Assembly (NCBI GenBank): GCA_024346625.1
Contig: AP024664.1
Span: forward strand, 3,410,001 to 3,474,000
Direction of reading: 5' to 3'
DNA length: 64,000 bases
Source: Williopsis jadinii
Taxonomy: Eukaryota
The position numbers were made by a program, and so were the translations under genes. How positions within the stretch are numbered: the stretch's first letter is position 1; every line of letters starts with the position of its first letter. This document shows, piece after piece, positions 1-10,450 of this stretch. The notes below the pieces were generated by a model. The model worked only from the letters and a program-made list of their open reading frames with translations. It ran no database searches and was not told the DNA's origin.

Positions 1-11
1 GTTTCGAAGAG

Positions 12-992
12 ATGCTCAAAACAATTGGTTCAAGAGTGATACAGCAACGTACTCCAAGGAGTCTGCTATTATCCACGCAAAGCGTGAGGTTCTATTCTCC
101 ATTACCTCGTTATAGCAAAGATGCTGGTAGATATCCAAGGAAGGCGACTGCGAGACGCCCAGGTGATAGACATCCACTGTATGATGATGCTCTTCATCCA
201 TTCAAAGACACACAGGGTCGCATTGACTTTGACGTGACACCAGAGGTTCCAAATCCGTTTGGTGTCATTTCACACTCAGATCGTATTGCCAGAATCCTCA
301 GTGAACCGACGTTAGTCATAGAGCGTCAAATTGAAATGATGAATGTGTTCTTAGGCTTCGAGCAGGTCAACAGGTATGTCATCATGGATGCTCTGGGAAA
401 CAAGCTAGGGTTTATGGAGGAACGGGACTTGGGCTTCCTGAAGGCCATGATGCGCCAGGTTTATAGACTTCACAGACCCTTTACAGTTGATGTGTTCGAC
501 AACGAGGGTAATAGCCTGCTGACCATTAAGAGACCTTTCAGTTTCATCAATTCTCATATCAAAGTGTTCCATCCCGGGTTCCAAAATGAGCAAGATGGGA
601 TCATCGGCGAATCTGTCCAGAGTTGGCATCCATGGAGACGTCGGTATAACTTGTTCAAAGCGGACTCACCTGAAGAGTTCTCACAATTTGGCGCTATAGA
701 TGCGAGATTCCTGAGTTTTGACTTCCCCGTGAGGGACGAAGAAGGCGTCGTTATCGGTGCAGTGGATAGAAACTGGGTCGGTTTGGGAAGAGAGTTATTC
801 ACAGATACAGGTGTCTACATCATCAGAATGGATCCTGCGTCATTCGCAGGAATGCAGGACTACTACCCACAGGTTGGTGGTCCTCTCACACTTGACCAAA
901 GAGCAATCTTACTTGCGAATGCCGTGAGTATCGATTTCGACTACTTCTCGAGACATTCCAACCAGGGAGGTCTAGTTACTTTTGGAGAGTGA
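12..992 (+). CDS. AIM25: Phospholipid scramblase family protein (Aim25), with mitochondrial-type presequence
   Basis: 326 aa. Scramblase motifs IERQIEMMNVFLGFEQVNRY, HRPFTVDVFD, WHPWRRRYNLF and LDQRAILLANAVSIDFDYFSRH. N-terminus is Arg/Ser-rich and lacks acidic residues. Confidence 0.9.
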   Translation: MLKTIGSRVIQQRTPRSLLLSTQSVRFYSPLPRYSKDAGRYPRKATARRPGDRHPLYDDALHPFKDTQGRIDFDVTPEVPNPFGVISHSDRIARILSEPTLVIERQIEMMNVFLGFEQVNRYVIMDALGNKLGFMEERDLGFLKAMMRQVYRLHRPFTVDVFDNEGNSLLTIKRPFSFINSHIKVFHPGFQNEQDGIIGESVQSWHPWRRRYNLFKADSPEEFSQFGAIDARFLSFDFPVRDEEGVVIGAVDRNWVGLGRELFTDTGVYIIRMDPASFAGMQDYYPQVGGPLTLDQRAILLANAVSIDFDYFSRHSNQGGLVTFGE

Positions 993-1446
993 TGATGACC
1001 ACGCACATTCGCAAACTGCTTTAGATATATTTATTATACATGATCTGGGGAAAAGAAAGCATTGGGCAGAGCTGTCGTCGAACTAGCACCAACATGTGTA
1101 CCCTGCTATTTCAAACGATACATCCAGTTGTTCTCGTATCATCTAACTACATGCAATCCAATGTCCATGTTGGTTTATAACCATAGCAATAGTATATCAT
1201 CGTATATTAACTGCCTAGGCTGCATAGCTTCAACAAGGTCCACCACGGCGGTATCTAACTTCCGAAAGCCGACGCGTATAAATACGCGGAGCCTCTAAAG
1301 AACCACACCACCGGAAGCTCACCAGATACCAATCCACGAACTAACAATCACAACCAGCGGCTCCAGGTCCTCAATTGGCCCTCTGCCTGGGTCTGACCTA
1401 CAACACAGCTCCAAAACCTCCCACTGTATGCTGGAAACATACCACA

Positions 1447-1458
1447 GGTCACGTGACC
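1447..1458. promoter_or_regulatory. Perfect palindrome GGTCACGTGACC (Cbf1/Tye7-type E-box)
   Basis: 12-bp palindrome about 270 bp upstream of the second scramblase ATG; contains the GTCACGTGAC bHLH consensus. Confidence 0.45.
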
Positions 1459-1730
1459 ACGTCGGCATTAACACGCAGCCTCGGCGCTTTTACGAGCGTT
1501 TCCCTGACGACACGCAGCGGAAAGTTTCCTCCGGCTCTGCCCCGACGTGACGCTGTGGGCAGGGCACCCGCATAAAGTCACACACAGACGTTGCAACATC
1601 GATGGCCATTCGACTACTTCTTCAATCAGGGGGATTGATGTCCGTGTATAAATCAAGCGTGTCGGAAGTTTGAGGTCTGCCTTCTTTCATAAACTTGGTC
1701 TGTAACTGTTGCGCTATCAAATAGTCGAAG

Positions 1731-2585
1731 ATGTCGCCAAAGCCAACGTACATTGAATTTAAGGACCCGAAGAAGTCGCAGTCTGGTAAACCCCATTTAC
1801 CGTTTAACAGACAGACACAACCTCTTTACCCTCAGCAATCGATTCCACTTGCACAATATACAAACCTGAGGGCGTACAACCCTGGTGGTGTGATTGGGGA
1901 AAAGGACTTGGCTGGTCGTATTCTCAGTGAGCCCATTCTCATTGTCGAGCGTCTCATTCAACCGTATGAGCTTGCTGTGGGGTTCGAAGAGTGCAACAGG
2001 TACATAGTGAAGAATTACCGTGGAGAAAAGTTGGCGATGATTGAAGAGCACAGCGGTGGCTTCAAGAAGATGCTCGTTAGACAGGTTGCCAAGTCAAAGA
2101 GACCTTTCACATTCGATGTTATTGACAACGACGGCAACGTCGTGTTGACGTTCAAGCGTAAGTTCGAGTTCATCACCTCCCATCTTAAGGCATGTTTGCC
2201 TAACGATACTCTTATTGGTGAGAGTTTCGAAAAGTACAACGTTATCAAGAGAAAGTACAACCTATTTCAAGTGACTGGACCAAATCAATTGACCCAATTT
2301 GGTTATGTCAACGCTCCTCCTAAGAGTTTTGAGTTTTCTGTTGGCGATGAACAAGGTCAAACCATCGCCGCTGTGGACTGCAATTGGACTGGGTTGGCGA
2401 GAGAAGTCTTCACCAATTCAAACATGTACATTATAAGAATGGATCCTTGGGCATTCCAAGGTGTTGCTGACTTCTACAAAAACGTTAAACAAGTACCCCT
2501 GACTCTGGATCAGAGAGCCGTCCTCCTGGCCAACGTTGTCAGTCTTGATTTCGACTACTTCACACGTGATCATGATTCAAATTGA
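1731..2585 (+). CDS. Second Aim25-like scramblase paralogue, with Pro/Gln-rich N-terminus and no obvious presequence
   Basis: 284 aa. Aligns by eye with 12..992 from RILSEP through LTLDQRAVLLANVVSLDFDYF. Confidence 0.85.
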   Translation: MSPKPTYIEFKDPKKSQSGKPHLPFNRQTQPLYPQQSIPLAQYTNLRAYNPGGVIGEKDLAGRILSEPILIVERLIQPYELAVGFEECNRYIVKNYRGEKLAMIEEHSGGFKKMLVRQVAKSKRPFTFDVIDNDGNVVLTFKRKFEFITSHLKACLPNDTLIGESFEKYNVIKRKYNLFQVTGPNQLTQFGYVNAPPKSFEFSVGDEQGQTIAAVDCNWTGLAREVFTNSNMYIIRMDPWAFQGVADFYKNVKQVPLTLDQRAVLLANVVSLDFDYFTRDHDSN

Positions 2586-3497
2586 GTTCGCTAATCTACT
2601 CTGAGTCCTCTTCGATGCTTCAAGTAGTTTGTTGTTCCATTCACCTGCGGTTGAATGTTTTGCAATCAACTTGAGGGTTTCATAGACGAGACCAGTCATC
2701 TCTGTTCTTCTTATTGAGTTCTCAATCTTCCAACGTTCACGTAGATCTAGCTCTTCTTGTAAAGATTGATAATCACCTGCCTCTTCGTAGACCAAACGAC
2801 GGTCTTTCATCACAGATAATAAGGAAAACTGTAGCTCGCCTGATGGGTAGTGGTTCATCCTTCTTTGTAAGACAGCTGGCAACAATTGGATGAACTCTGT
2901 GTCTGAAGAACAAGGCTCATGTGCTATCGGCTCTGGTCTGAGTCCATCCAGCTCCCAGATTCTACCATTTCTGTGGATGAATCCGATAAAATGGAATAGA
3001 TCCTGTGACTTATCCATGTCCGTACGGTCCCGGTCGTCTTCAAACATGTTAGGGCTTGAAAAGGAATTGTGTACGGTTCTTATCAGTTCAGAGTTTGTCA
3101 TTGTCTCACCTTTCATCTCGGAATCAAATGAGCGAATAAAGTCCTTGAAAGACGACAACTCAGGACCCAACTCAACATCATCTCTGTTCAATAGAATGTT
3201 CAGCACAGCTTGTGTAGCACATGCATTGTTGATCATTTGACGGGCAAAGAAGACATCGCTAGATCTCTCTGCCTCAGTTGGCAGCTGAGACTGGTAAACA
3301 CCATCCAGAGGCTGTCTAGATCTGTCAATATCTGTATATTTGAACAAGAATATCACCCCATATAACGGTGCGTGTTCCGCAAGAGCCAGTGGCGAGTATA
3401 ACTCTTGAACCTCAACACCTTCCACGTGGAGTTTCTCTATAAGCTCCGTGAAAACACCAGGGTCCGACTCTATCAGATTCCATTGGCCAGTAGACAT
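2577..3497 (-). CDS. Ubiquitin C-terminal hydrolase (peptidase C12), UCH37/UCHL5/Uch2-type
   Basis: First ATG at 3497 (MSTGQWNLIESDPGVFTELI). Catalytic motifs QMINNACATQA and FHFIGF..WELDGL. C-terminal helical tail ERWKIENSIRR resembles the UCH37 ULD. Confidence 0.88.
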   Translation of the reverse strand: MSTGQWNLIESDPGVFTELIEKLHVEGVEVQELYSPLALAEHAPLYGVIFLFKYTDIDRSRQPLDGVYQSQLPTEAERSSDVFFARQMINNACATQAVLNILLNRDDVELGPELSSFKDFIRSFDSEMKGETMTNSELIRTVHNSFSSPNMFEDDRDRTDMDKSQDLFHFIGFIHRNGRIWELDGLRPEPIAHEPCSSDTEFIQLLPAVLQRRMNHYPSGELQFSLLSVMKDRRLVYEEAGDYQSLQEELDLRERWKIENSIRRTEMTGLVYETLKLIAKHSTAGEWNNKLLEASKRTQSRLANSI

Positions 3498-3875
3498 CTT
3501 CCTATCTTCCTTATGATCAACAGCTCCTTCCCCCACAAACGGTCAGTGTACCAGCATTCGCCATCATCACCACCAATCCCGCCTAAGATCAACACATCGA
3601 TGTGGCGCGTACCAAATTTAACGAGGCACGTGATCTCCATGCAGAGTGCTGTACATCGGGTGGTTGGGACCGCAAAGTCCGCACTCGCGCGCTTGATTTT
3701 CCTTAGTTTTGTTTGGGGAGCCATTTCTGTCTCCCGCCTCCCATTGTTTGGTATAAAATCTCAGAGCTTTCCTTTCCTTCCAACCCGATTTGTTGAGAGG
3801 TCTTTCCTTTTTCCCTTTCTCTTCTTAAACCAATTGAATAGATTCTCTATTTACCAAACCACATACGCTTAAACC

Positions 3876-4381
3876 ATGTCTGAAGCTGATAAACCTGTTG
3901 AGGCCGCTGCTGCCCCAGAAGAGAAGAAGTCCTTCATTGTGAGTATCTGCGTGTCTCTGGACTGTGTGGAGCAATGGCACACGCTTGCTCTTTACGTCTA
4001 GCAAGGGGGTGTGGCCATCAGTGCTGCTGAGATAACGTTTGTACTAACAATTGACTGCGACAGGTTACTTTGAAGGACTCTGCTAGTGTTGAGAAGTAAG
4101 TTGAATAGCTGCTTCCCCTTTCATGACACATCTACTGACACAGGACAGGTTCAAAGAGGGCCTCCACAAGATCGGAGGTGAGATCACCCACGAGTACAAC
4201 TTGATCAAGGGATTTGCGTAAGTTCTTTGCAAACCACAGAGCCCCGTGCTTGTTCAGCTACTAACATTCTCCTATCACACGCTGAAGTGTCAAATTGCCA
4301 TCCTTCCACGCTTCCACTCTTAAGAAGGATGACCAGGTTGCCACCGTTGAGGAGGACAAGGAGGTTAAGACCCAACAGTAA
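3876..4381 (+). CDS. PBI2: Proteinase B inhibitor (I9 family), 85 aa; exons 3876-3938, 4064-4095, 4149-4217, 4288-4381
   Basis: Donors GTGAGT/GTAAGT/GTAAGT, branch points TACTAAC/TACTGAC/TACTAAC, acceptors CAG/CAG/AAG. Spliced product MSEADKPVEAAAAPEEKKSFIVTLKDSASVEKFKEGLHKIGGEITHEYNLIKGFAVKLPSFHASTLKKDDQVATVEEDKEVKTQQ matches the Pbi2 pattern FIVTLK..GG.I.HE..IKG..VEEDKEV. Confidence 0.9.
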
Positions 4382-4773
4382 GCATCACGGATCGTGACGG
4401 TGACAATGTTTAGTTCTCTTAATATCTAATAACCACGCTCCTGTTGTAGCTCCTGGTACCTTATTCTGTTCCTGAACTCTCGCTCTCCCCCACCCCCTGA
4501 AACCAATGGCCTTAGCGTTGCCATGGTGATTGCAACTTTCAACGTCCCCGTAGTTACCCACCAAGACGTTGCTGCAACAACCATGCGTGCGCGTAACAAC
4601 AATTACTTTGCTGACGTAAAACATCCACACACCCATCATAGCTCGGGGTGCATTGAGTGACCCTTACTCCCCTACTTCTACAACTAATACAACACAAGAT
4701 AAAACCATTGAAGACGCTAAACTTCTGGTTGTTGTGCACGTTCTGGTATACGCTCTCAATACGATAGCTCAAC

Positions 4774-7700
4774 ATGTGTAAATTGGCCTTAGCTGGTAAC
4801 CCAGGCCAGGGTTATCAAGCCATCAACAATGACCCCGTGGCAAAGCAGATAGACCACATATACCAAGACAGGCTGAGACAGTTCATGGACGAGGGCCAGT
4901 ACAGGGATTTGAACTTGCCGAAGTTCTATGACGTTGACAGAGTCGCACAGGGGTCCAAGGACGCCAAAGAAGGTGAAGGCTTTGTCGATCTCAGCGTCCA
5001 TGAGATCCCCGATGTTAAGAAGAGGCCGTTGTTTAAGGATGTGATCAATAAGGATACCGAGTTCCGTCCGGCTCATAAAGGCGATAGTTTTGGGCCTTCC
5101 TGGAAGACGTTTTGGTTCAAGCTCAAGCTGAGAATCCCAGACAAGTGGCTGTCGGAGGAGCAGATCTGGTTCCAGTGGGATTGCGGTAATGAAGGCCTGA
5201 TCTACACCAGGAATGGTACTCCGCTACAGGCCTTTACAGGTGGTGATCGGAACGATTTTATAATTCCAAAGAGGTATTACACATCCAAGAAGTTCACTCT
5301 CTACCTGGAGATGAGCTGTAATGGAATGTTTGGTGTTGGAATGGGGTCAGATATCGCTCCTCCAGACCCAAACAGATACTTCACCTTGAGAACCGCAGAT
5401 TTGGTGTTGCCAAACCTGGAAGCAAGGGCTTTGAAGATTGACTATTGGATTATCAGCGATGCAGCAAGAGAGCTTTCTGGCGAATCATGGCAAAAGTACA
5501 AGGCACGCCAAGTGGCCACTGATATCATTGAGGCATTTGATCCGAATGACGTCAAATCCATTAAGAAGTGTCGTGATATTGCAGCCACTTTTATCGGCAA
5601 GCACGTCGACAGTGCGCTCGTGTACGATGACATAGCTCCAAATGGTAACAAGATTGACGTTTATGGAATCGGGAACTGCCATATCGATACAGCTTGGCTG
5701 TGGCCATTTGGAGAAACAAGAAGAAAAGTTGTGAGATCATGGACCACTCAGATGGAGTTGATGGATCGATACCCTGAGTATAGATTTGTTGCTTCTCAAG
5801 CACAGCAGTACAAATGGCTCGAACAGGACCACCCAGATGTCTTTGAAAGATTGGCTGGAAAGGTCAAAGATAAGCAGTTCATTCCAATTGGTGGTTCTTG
5901 GGTTGAGCACGATACGAATATCCCTAACGGTGAATCTCTCATCCGTCAATTCCTGTTTGGCCAGAGATTCTACGAGTCACACTTTGGTGAACGTTGTACC
6001 ACGTTCTGGCTACCTGATACCTTTGGTTACAGCTCTCAAATCCCACAGTTGTGTCGTCTTGCCGGGCTCGACAGGTTCTTGACTCAAAAGCTGTCATGGA
6101 ACAACATCAACAACTTCCCAAACACAACCTTTAACTGGGCTGCACTTGACGGGTCCCAGGTCCTGACACATATGCCTCCTGCGAATACGTATACGGCAGA
6201 TGCCAACTTTGGTGACGTTAAGAGGTCACTTGTTCAACACAAGAACCTGTCATACGACCAAGCAGGCCTGCTGTGCTTTGGTAAAGGGGACGGTGGTGGT
6301 GGTCCATTACCGGAGATGCTGGATAGACTACGTCGTTGTAGAGGCTTGAGCAACACTGTTGGCCAATTGCCTACTGTCCACCTGGGCAAATCTGTTGACG
6401 ACTTCTACGATGAGATCCTGGAACGGACAGACAACGGTAAAAAGCTGGTTTCTTGGGTTGGAGAGCTATACTTTGAGTTCCACAGAGGAACATATACCAC
6501 GCAGGCATTGGTGAAGAAGCTCATGAGAAGATCTGAAGGTATACTACACGACTTGGAGTACTTTGCAACGATTGCATCCATTTTGAAACCTGATGAGTAC
6601 AAGTATCCAAATAAGATACTGAAAGCCTTATGGGAGGATGTCTTGCTGTGTCAATTCCACGATGTGCTCCCAGGCTCCTGTATTGAAATGGTCTACAAAG
6701 ACGACGTTCATCCAATGTTGAAAAATGTCTATCTCAAGGCCAACGAGTTGATTGATGAGGCATTGTCTGCGCTGGAGGGTTCATCATTCAACGCTCAGTA
6801 CAAATTTGTCAGTACGTATCAGTGGAAACCACGCGGTGTCATCTCTGTTCCAAAGGCTTTCACCAAAGAGGTGTCACACGTGGAGTACCAGGCGAGCGAA
6901 GAACACGACTACATCTTCTTGGGAAAGTCCTCTGTTTCTAGTTCTCCTCTGAAGTCAGGGCTCAAGTATCCTTCTAAAGTGAGCGAGACGAAAGATGGTG
7001 GCTTTGTTCTGGAGAATGGCAAGCTAAGAGTAACGATTGACCATGGTGGTGTCATTACATCGTTATATGATATTGTCAACGCCCGTGAAGTTCTCGATCT
7101 AACGACAGGTAAGAACCATCGTGGTGCTAATCAATATGTCTTGTTCGATGACACACCACTGAACTGGCAAGCGTGGGACACTGAAGTCTTCTCCTTGGAC
7201 ACGTACAAATATGTTGAAAAGGGAACTGTGGAAATCAACGAAACAGGGCCATTGGTGAGCTCTGTCTCTGTCAATTACAAGATTGGTGACAAGTCTCATA
7301 TCAAGACGGTTATCTCTCTTGAAGGATTGGACAGCATTAGATCACCTTCAGCTGTGAAGTTCCATTGTGATGTGGATTGGCACGAATCTCGCAAGTTCTT
7401 GAAGGTTGAGTTCCCAGTTGATATTCACTCCGACTTTGCCAGTTATGAGACTCAATTTGGCATCACCAAGAGACCAACACATTACAATACCAGCTGGGAC
7501 GTTGCAAAGTTTGAGGTTTGTCACCACAAGTTTGCAGACTTGTCTGAACACAACTATGGTGTGAGTGTTTTGAACGATTCCAAGTATGGGTTCTCCTCCC
7601 ATGGCAACCTGATGCGTCTATCGCTCCTGAGATCTCCTAAGCAGCCAGATGCGAATGCAGATATGGACCATCATGAATTTGAATACGCTTTGTATCCTCA

Positions 7701-8139
7701 TGCTGGGCCATTAGATCACACGACAGTTGAGTTGGCGTACCGTTTCAACTCCAAGTTACACCTGCTTAAAGTGCCACTGTCCAAGTCGTTTGAGAACTTT
7801 ATCACTTTTGAAGGTGACAAGAACATCGTGTTGTCTCATATTAAGAGAGCAGAGGACGACAAGGACGTTTCCTTGGGAGATTTACCGGTAAAGAAGAACA
7901 GACAAGATGGTAAAGCTGTTATCGTTAGGCTCTATGACTCTCTGGGTGGTAGATCCAAGGGTGCCATCAAGACCACTGGACCGTTAGTTGCAGCTTACAA
8001 GGTGAACATTTTAGAAGACAAATTGGAGAAACTCTCATTCAAAGAGGTGTTTCCTGAATCATTGTCTTACAAAAAGGTTGAAGTTGAGTTGAGGGCATTT
8101 GAAGTTGCTTCTTATAAGCTTGTTTTTGCCTCAAATTGA
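4774..8139 (+). CDS. AMS1: Vacuolar alpha-mannosidase (GH38)
   Basis: 1121 aa. Motifs GNCHIDTAWLWP, FWLPDTFGYS, GELYFEFHRGTYT and QFHDVLPGS. Confidence 0.95.
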   Translation: MCKLALAGNPGQGYQAINNDPVAKQIDHIYQDRLRQFMDEGQYRDLNLPKFYDVDRVAQGSKDAKEGEGFVDLSVHEIPDVKKRPLFKDVINKDTEFRPAHKGDSFGPSWKTFWFKLKLRIPDKWLSEEQIWFQWDCGNEGLIYTRNGTPLQAFTGGDRNDFIIPKRYYTSKKFTLYLEMSCNGMFGVGMGSDIAPPDPNRYFTLRTADLVLPNLEARALKIDYWIISDAARELSGESWQKYKARQVATDIIEAFDPNDVKSIKKCRDIAATFIGKHVDSALVYDDIAPNGNKIDVYGIGNCHIDTAWLWPFGETRRKVVRSWTTQMELMDRYPEYRFVASQAQQYKWLEQDHPDVFERLAGKVKDKQFIPIGGSWVEHDTNIPNGESLIRQFLFGQRFYESHFGERCTTFWLPDTFGYSSQIPQLCRLAGLDRFLTQKLSWNNINNFPNTTFNWAALDGSQVLTHMPPANTYTADANFGDVKRSLVQHKNLSYDQAGLLCFGKGDGGGGPLPEMLDRLRRCRGLSNTVGQLPTVHLGKSVDDFYDEILERTDNGKKLVSWVGELYFEFHRGTYTTQALVKKLMRRSEGILHDLEYFATIASILKPDEYKYPNKILKALWEDVLLCQFHDVLPGSCIEMVYKDDVHPMLKNVYLKANELIDEALSALEGSSFNAQYKFVSTYQWKPRGVISVPKAFTKEVSHVEYQASEEHDYIFLGKSSVSSSPLKSGLKYPSKVSETKDGGFVLENGKLRVTIDHGGVITSLYDIVNAREVLDLTTGKNHRGANQYVLFDDTPLNWQAWDTEVFSLDTYKYVEKGTVEINETGPLVSSVSVNYKIGDKSHIKTVISLEGLDSIRSPSAVKFHCDVDWHESRKFLKVEFPVDIHSDFASYETQFGITKRPTHYNTSWDVAKFEVCHHKFADLSEHNYGVSVLNDSKYGFSSHGNLMRLSLLRSPKQPDANADMDHHEFEYALYPHAGPLDHTTVELAYRFNSKLHLLKVPLSKSFENFITFEGDKNIVLSHIKRAEDDKDVSLGDLPVKKNRQDGKAVIVRLYDSLGGRSKGAIKTTGPLVAAYKVNILEDKLEKLSFKEVFPESLSYKKVEVELRAFEVASYKLVFASN

Positions 8140-8205
8140 GTGTGACTCTATGTATGTTTATACAACGTTGTGTTGAAGTTAAGAAATGAATAACAACAGA
8201 ATTCT

Positions 8206-9261
8206 TCATGAGCTTGATAGCCCGTCGTATGCACACTGTGTAACCACTAGCATAGGATTGACTGCTTGAAGCTTTGTCTCCTCACTCATAAGACTCAGGG
8301 CAGACAATGCTAGAAAGCTATGGTATGGATCTGGAGATGATGTATGTTGATCTGTCTTACCAAATCCACCAATCACTGTGCTTTGAGTCTTGTTGAGCAG
8401 ATAGCTTGCCATCGCATCTCTATTGACAAAGTGCTGTGCTTCTAAGATTGCCAAAGATGCTGAGCACCAGAATGAGTAGCAAGTGTCACCTAATTTATTA
8501 ATTCTTCCGTTATGGGATCCGATATCGTCGATATCACAATCTTCATATTCCAACAGGTCCTGGTTCCAGTTGGTGAACGATATCTGTCGATGAACCAGCC
8601 ATTGAATCGTTTTGGTCCAATTCTTCAGCTCTAGCCTATCCATGAGCTTTAGCGTTGCCAGTCCACAGAATGTATAGCCAGCGTGACTTTCAAATTCACC
8701 CAGGCCACCATCGAATGTCCTTTTTGACATAATGTAACTCTCCAACTTGTCCAAGTCAATTCGATTTGGCCCCTTGTACTTGAGTAATTGACATACACTC
8801 ACGGCCATATAGCTCTGTCTCAGATCACCTTCTCCACAGGGCTCGCCAGTAGAGTCTAGCAGAGACTTTATGGATCCATCAGCTAGCTGACATCTCGAGA
8901 CATATGACATTATCAACTCTGAGTCCAATCGCGTGTGGAAGTCATCTCCCAGCATTGTGAGGATACACAATGCGCAGTATGTGTTGGCAATTGTAGGCCT
9001 GTCGTACTCACTAGAGATCAGCTCATGTATATGTGATCCTCTGAATCCCTCCCCTGATGGAACCAACAGGCTATAGACGTACTCCGTGTACAGTTTGATC
9101 TCATCTTGAGTGAACTTGTAGTCCAGTATACCCAACCCTCCTATTGCACAGTACATGATCATCAGCTTGTTTGAAGCCTCTGACTGGAGACGAGACGGCA
9201 GTGCAGTGAGCACCATCTTGAAGTATCGCACATGACGATCGTATAACAGCTCTTGCGTCAT
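8206..9261 (-). CDS. CDC43: Geranylgeranyltransferase type I beta subunit
   Basis: 351 aa. Prenyltransferase repeats ESHAGYTFCGLA, GRINKLGDTCYSFW and PDPYHSFL. Adjacent to AMS1, as in S. cerevisiae. Confidence 0.85.
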   Translation of the reverse strand: MTQELLYDRHVRYFKMVLTALPSRLQSEASNKLMIMYCAIGGLGILDYKFTQDEIKLYTEYVYSLLVPSGEGFRGSHIHELISSEYDRPTIANTYCALCILTMLGDDFHTRLDSELIMSYVSRCQLADGSIKSLLDSTGEPCGEGDLRQSYMAVSVCQLLKYKGPNRIDLDKLESYIMSKRTFDGGLGEFESHAGYTFCGLATLKLMDRLELKNWTKTIQWLVHRQISFTNWNQDLLEYEDCDIDDIGSHNGRINKLGDTCYSFWCSASLAILEAQHFVNRDAMASYLLNKTQSTVIGGFGKTDQHTSSPDPYHSFLALSALSLMSEETKLQAVNPMLVVTQCAYDGLSSS

Positions 9262-9491
9262 TTATATTAGTAACTGATGGCATTTAATGCTTCCAAGTAT
9301 GGGAAAGTGATCATGATAATTCACTCCATACCAATTAGGTAATATCCGGGGTTTCGTCAGGTGATCCAATGCCCCGGATTACACAGTTTGCGTGCTCTGA
9401 ACACTTGATTGATTTCATACATCAAACTAAAACACATTTTCCATGATTCAGCCTCAGCCACATTCCACTGGGATATCTGGAGCACTTGAAC

Positions 9492-9845
9492 ATGACTTTC
9501 ATCAACAGGTGGCTCCATAAGAGCCAACGCTGGCTGACGATTCTGTTCGGTGGGCTGGTCGTCACTGGCACGCTTTATCTGATCCTCAAGCCATTACCAC
9601 CGGCACCACAGCCGAAGCGGAGAACTAAGCAAGAGTTGGACGCTATAGATAAGTGGTCCAAGAAGGATTTGTTCGGCTATCTGTCCAAAGTACGTATCAC
9701 CCCTATAATACCAGGCACTATGGACTAACTCAATGGCATTATGCAGCACCAAGTGTACCCTGACGTTGAAACCACTCAACCGGAGCTGGTGAGGCTTGTG
9801 AAGAGCATCATCGAGCTGTATCCGGACATGGACAGCGCTGCTTGA
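9492..9845 (+). CDS. 98-aa single-TM protein with an Ish1/HeH-like motif; exons 9492-9689 and 9747-9845
   Basis: Intron 9690-9746 (GTACGT..GACTAAC..CAG) splices in frame. TM segment WLTILFGGLVVTGTLYLIL is followed by DKWSKKDLFGYLSKHQVYPDVETTQPELVRLVK. Confidence 0.7.
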
Positions 9846-10450
9846 ATGCAAAGCTGTGCAAAGCGATGATGACCAGGTGTGAACAAATCATCTCAGAACA
9901 CAGCTATAAGCCAGCTCATCACACCAACTCACACACACCTGCTCACCACACCTGCCCATTCATCACACACCTACCATTGAAGCTGTGCGCCACTACAGAG
10001 CCGGTGTGGCGCCAACCACTAACGAGCAAATAAAGTCGCTTGTCATTATACACCGGGTTCCCTTCATACAACTGGCATATAAAGGCCAATGTTTCCTCTG
10101 TGTACTCTTCTTCCATCTCCTGTAAGCCCATAGACACCCACCCCTACACCTCCTCCTTCCATTGGAAATGAATCAGTCCCCATAGCACCAGCAGCACGCT
10201 CCTCAGTCGACACGAAGCCACACTTTTCCTCCAGCCAATTATTTCCTCTTTGGGAATCGGACGTGCACTTTCCACCTTTTTCGCTTTTGACTGTGTGTGT
10301 TTTTGTGGTTGTTGTGTGTGGATCCCCCCTCCACGATAAAAACAGCAAAGTTTCGCCTTCCTCGCCTTTCGCCTTCCTTCCCAATTTCAACTCCGATCTC
10401 TGTGAAGTTGGGAAAGTCCAAGGTTGATCGATTGAATTAGCGAAGAAATA

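Noticed and set aside
9860..10390. Short ORFs and C/D-like boxes upstream of SOD1
   Set aside because: CA-rich low-complexity promoter sequence with no terminal D box or protein motif.
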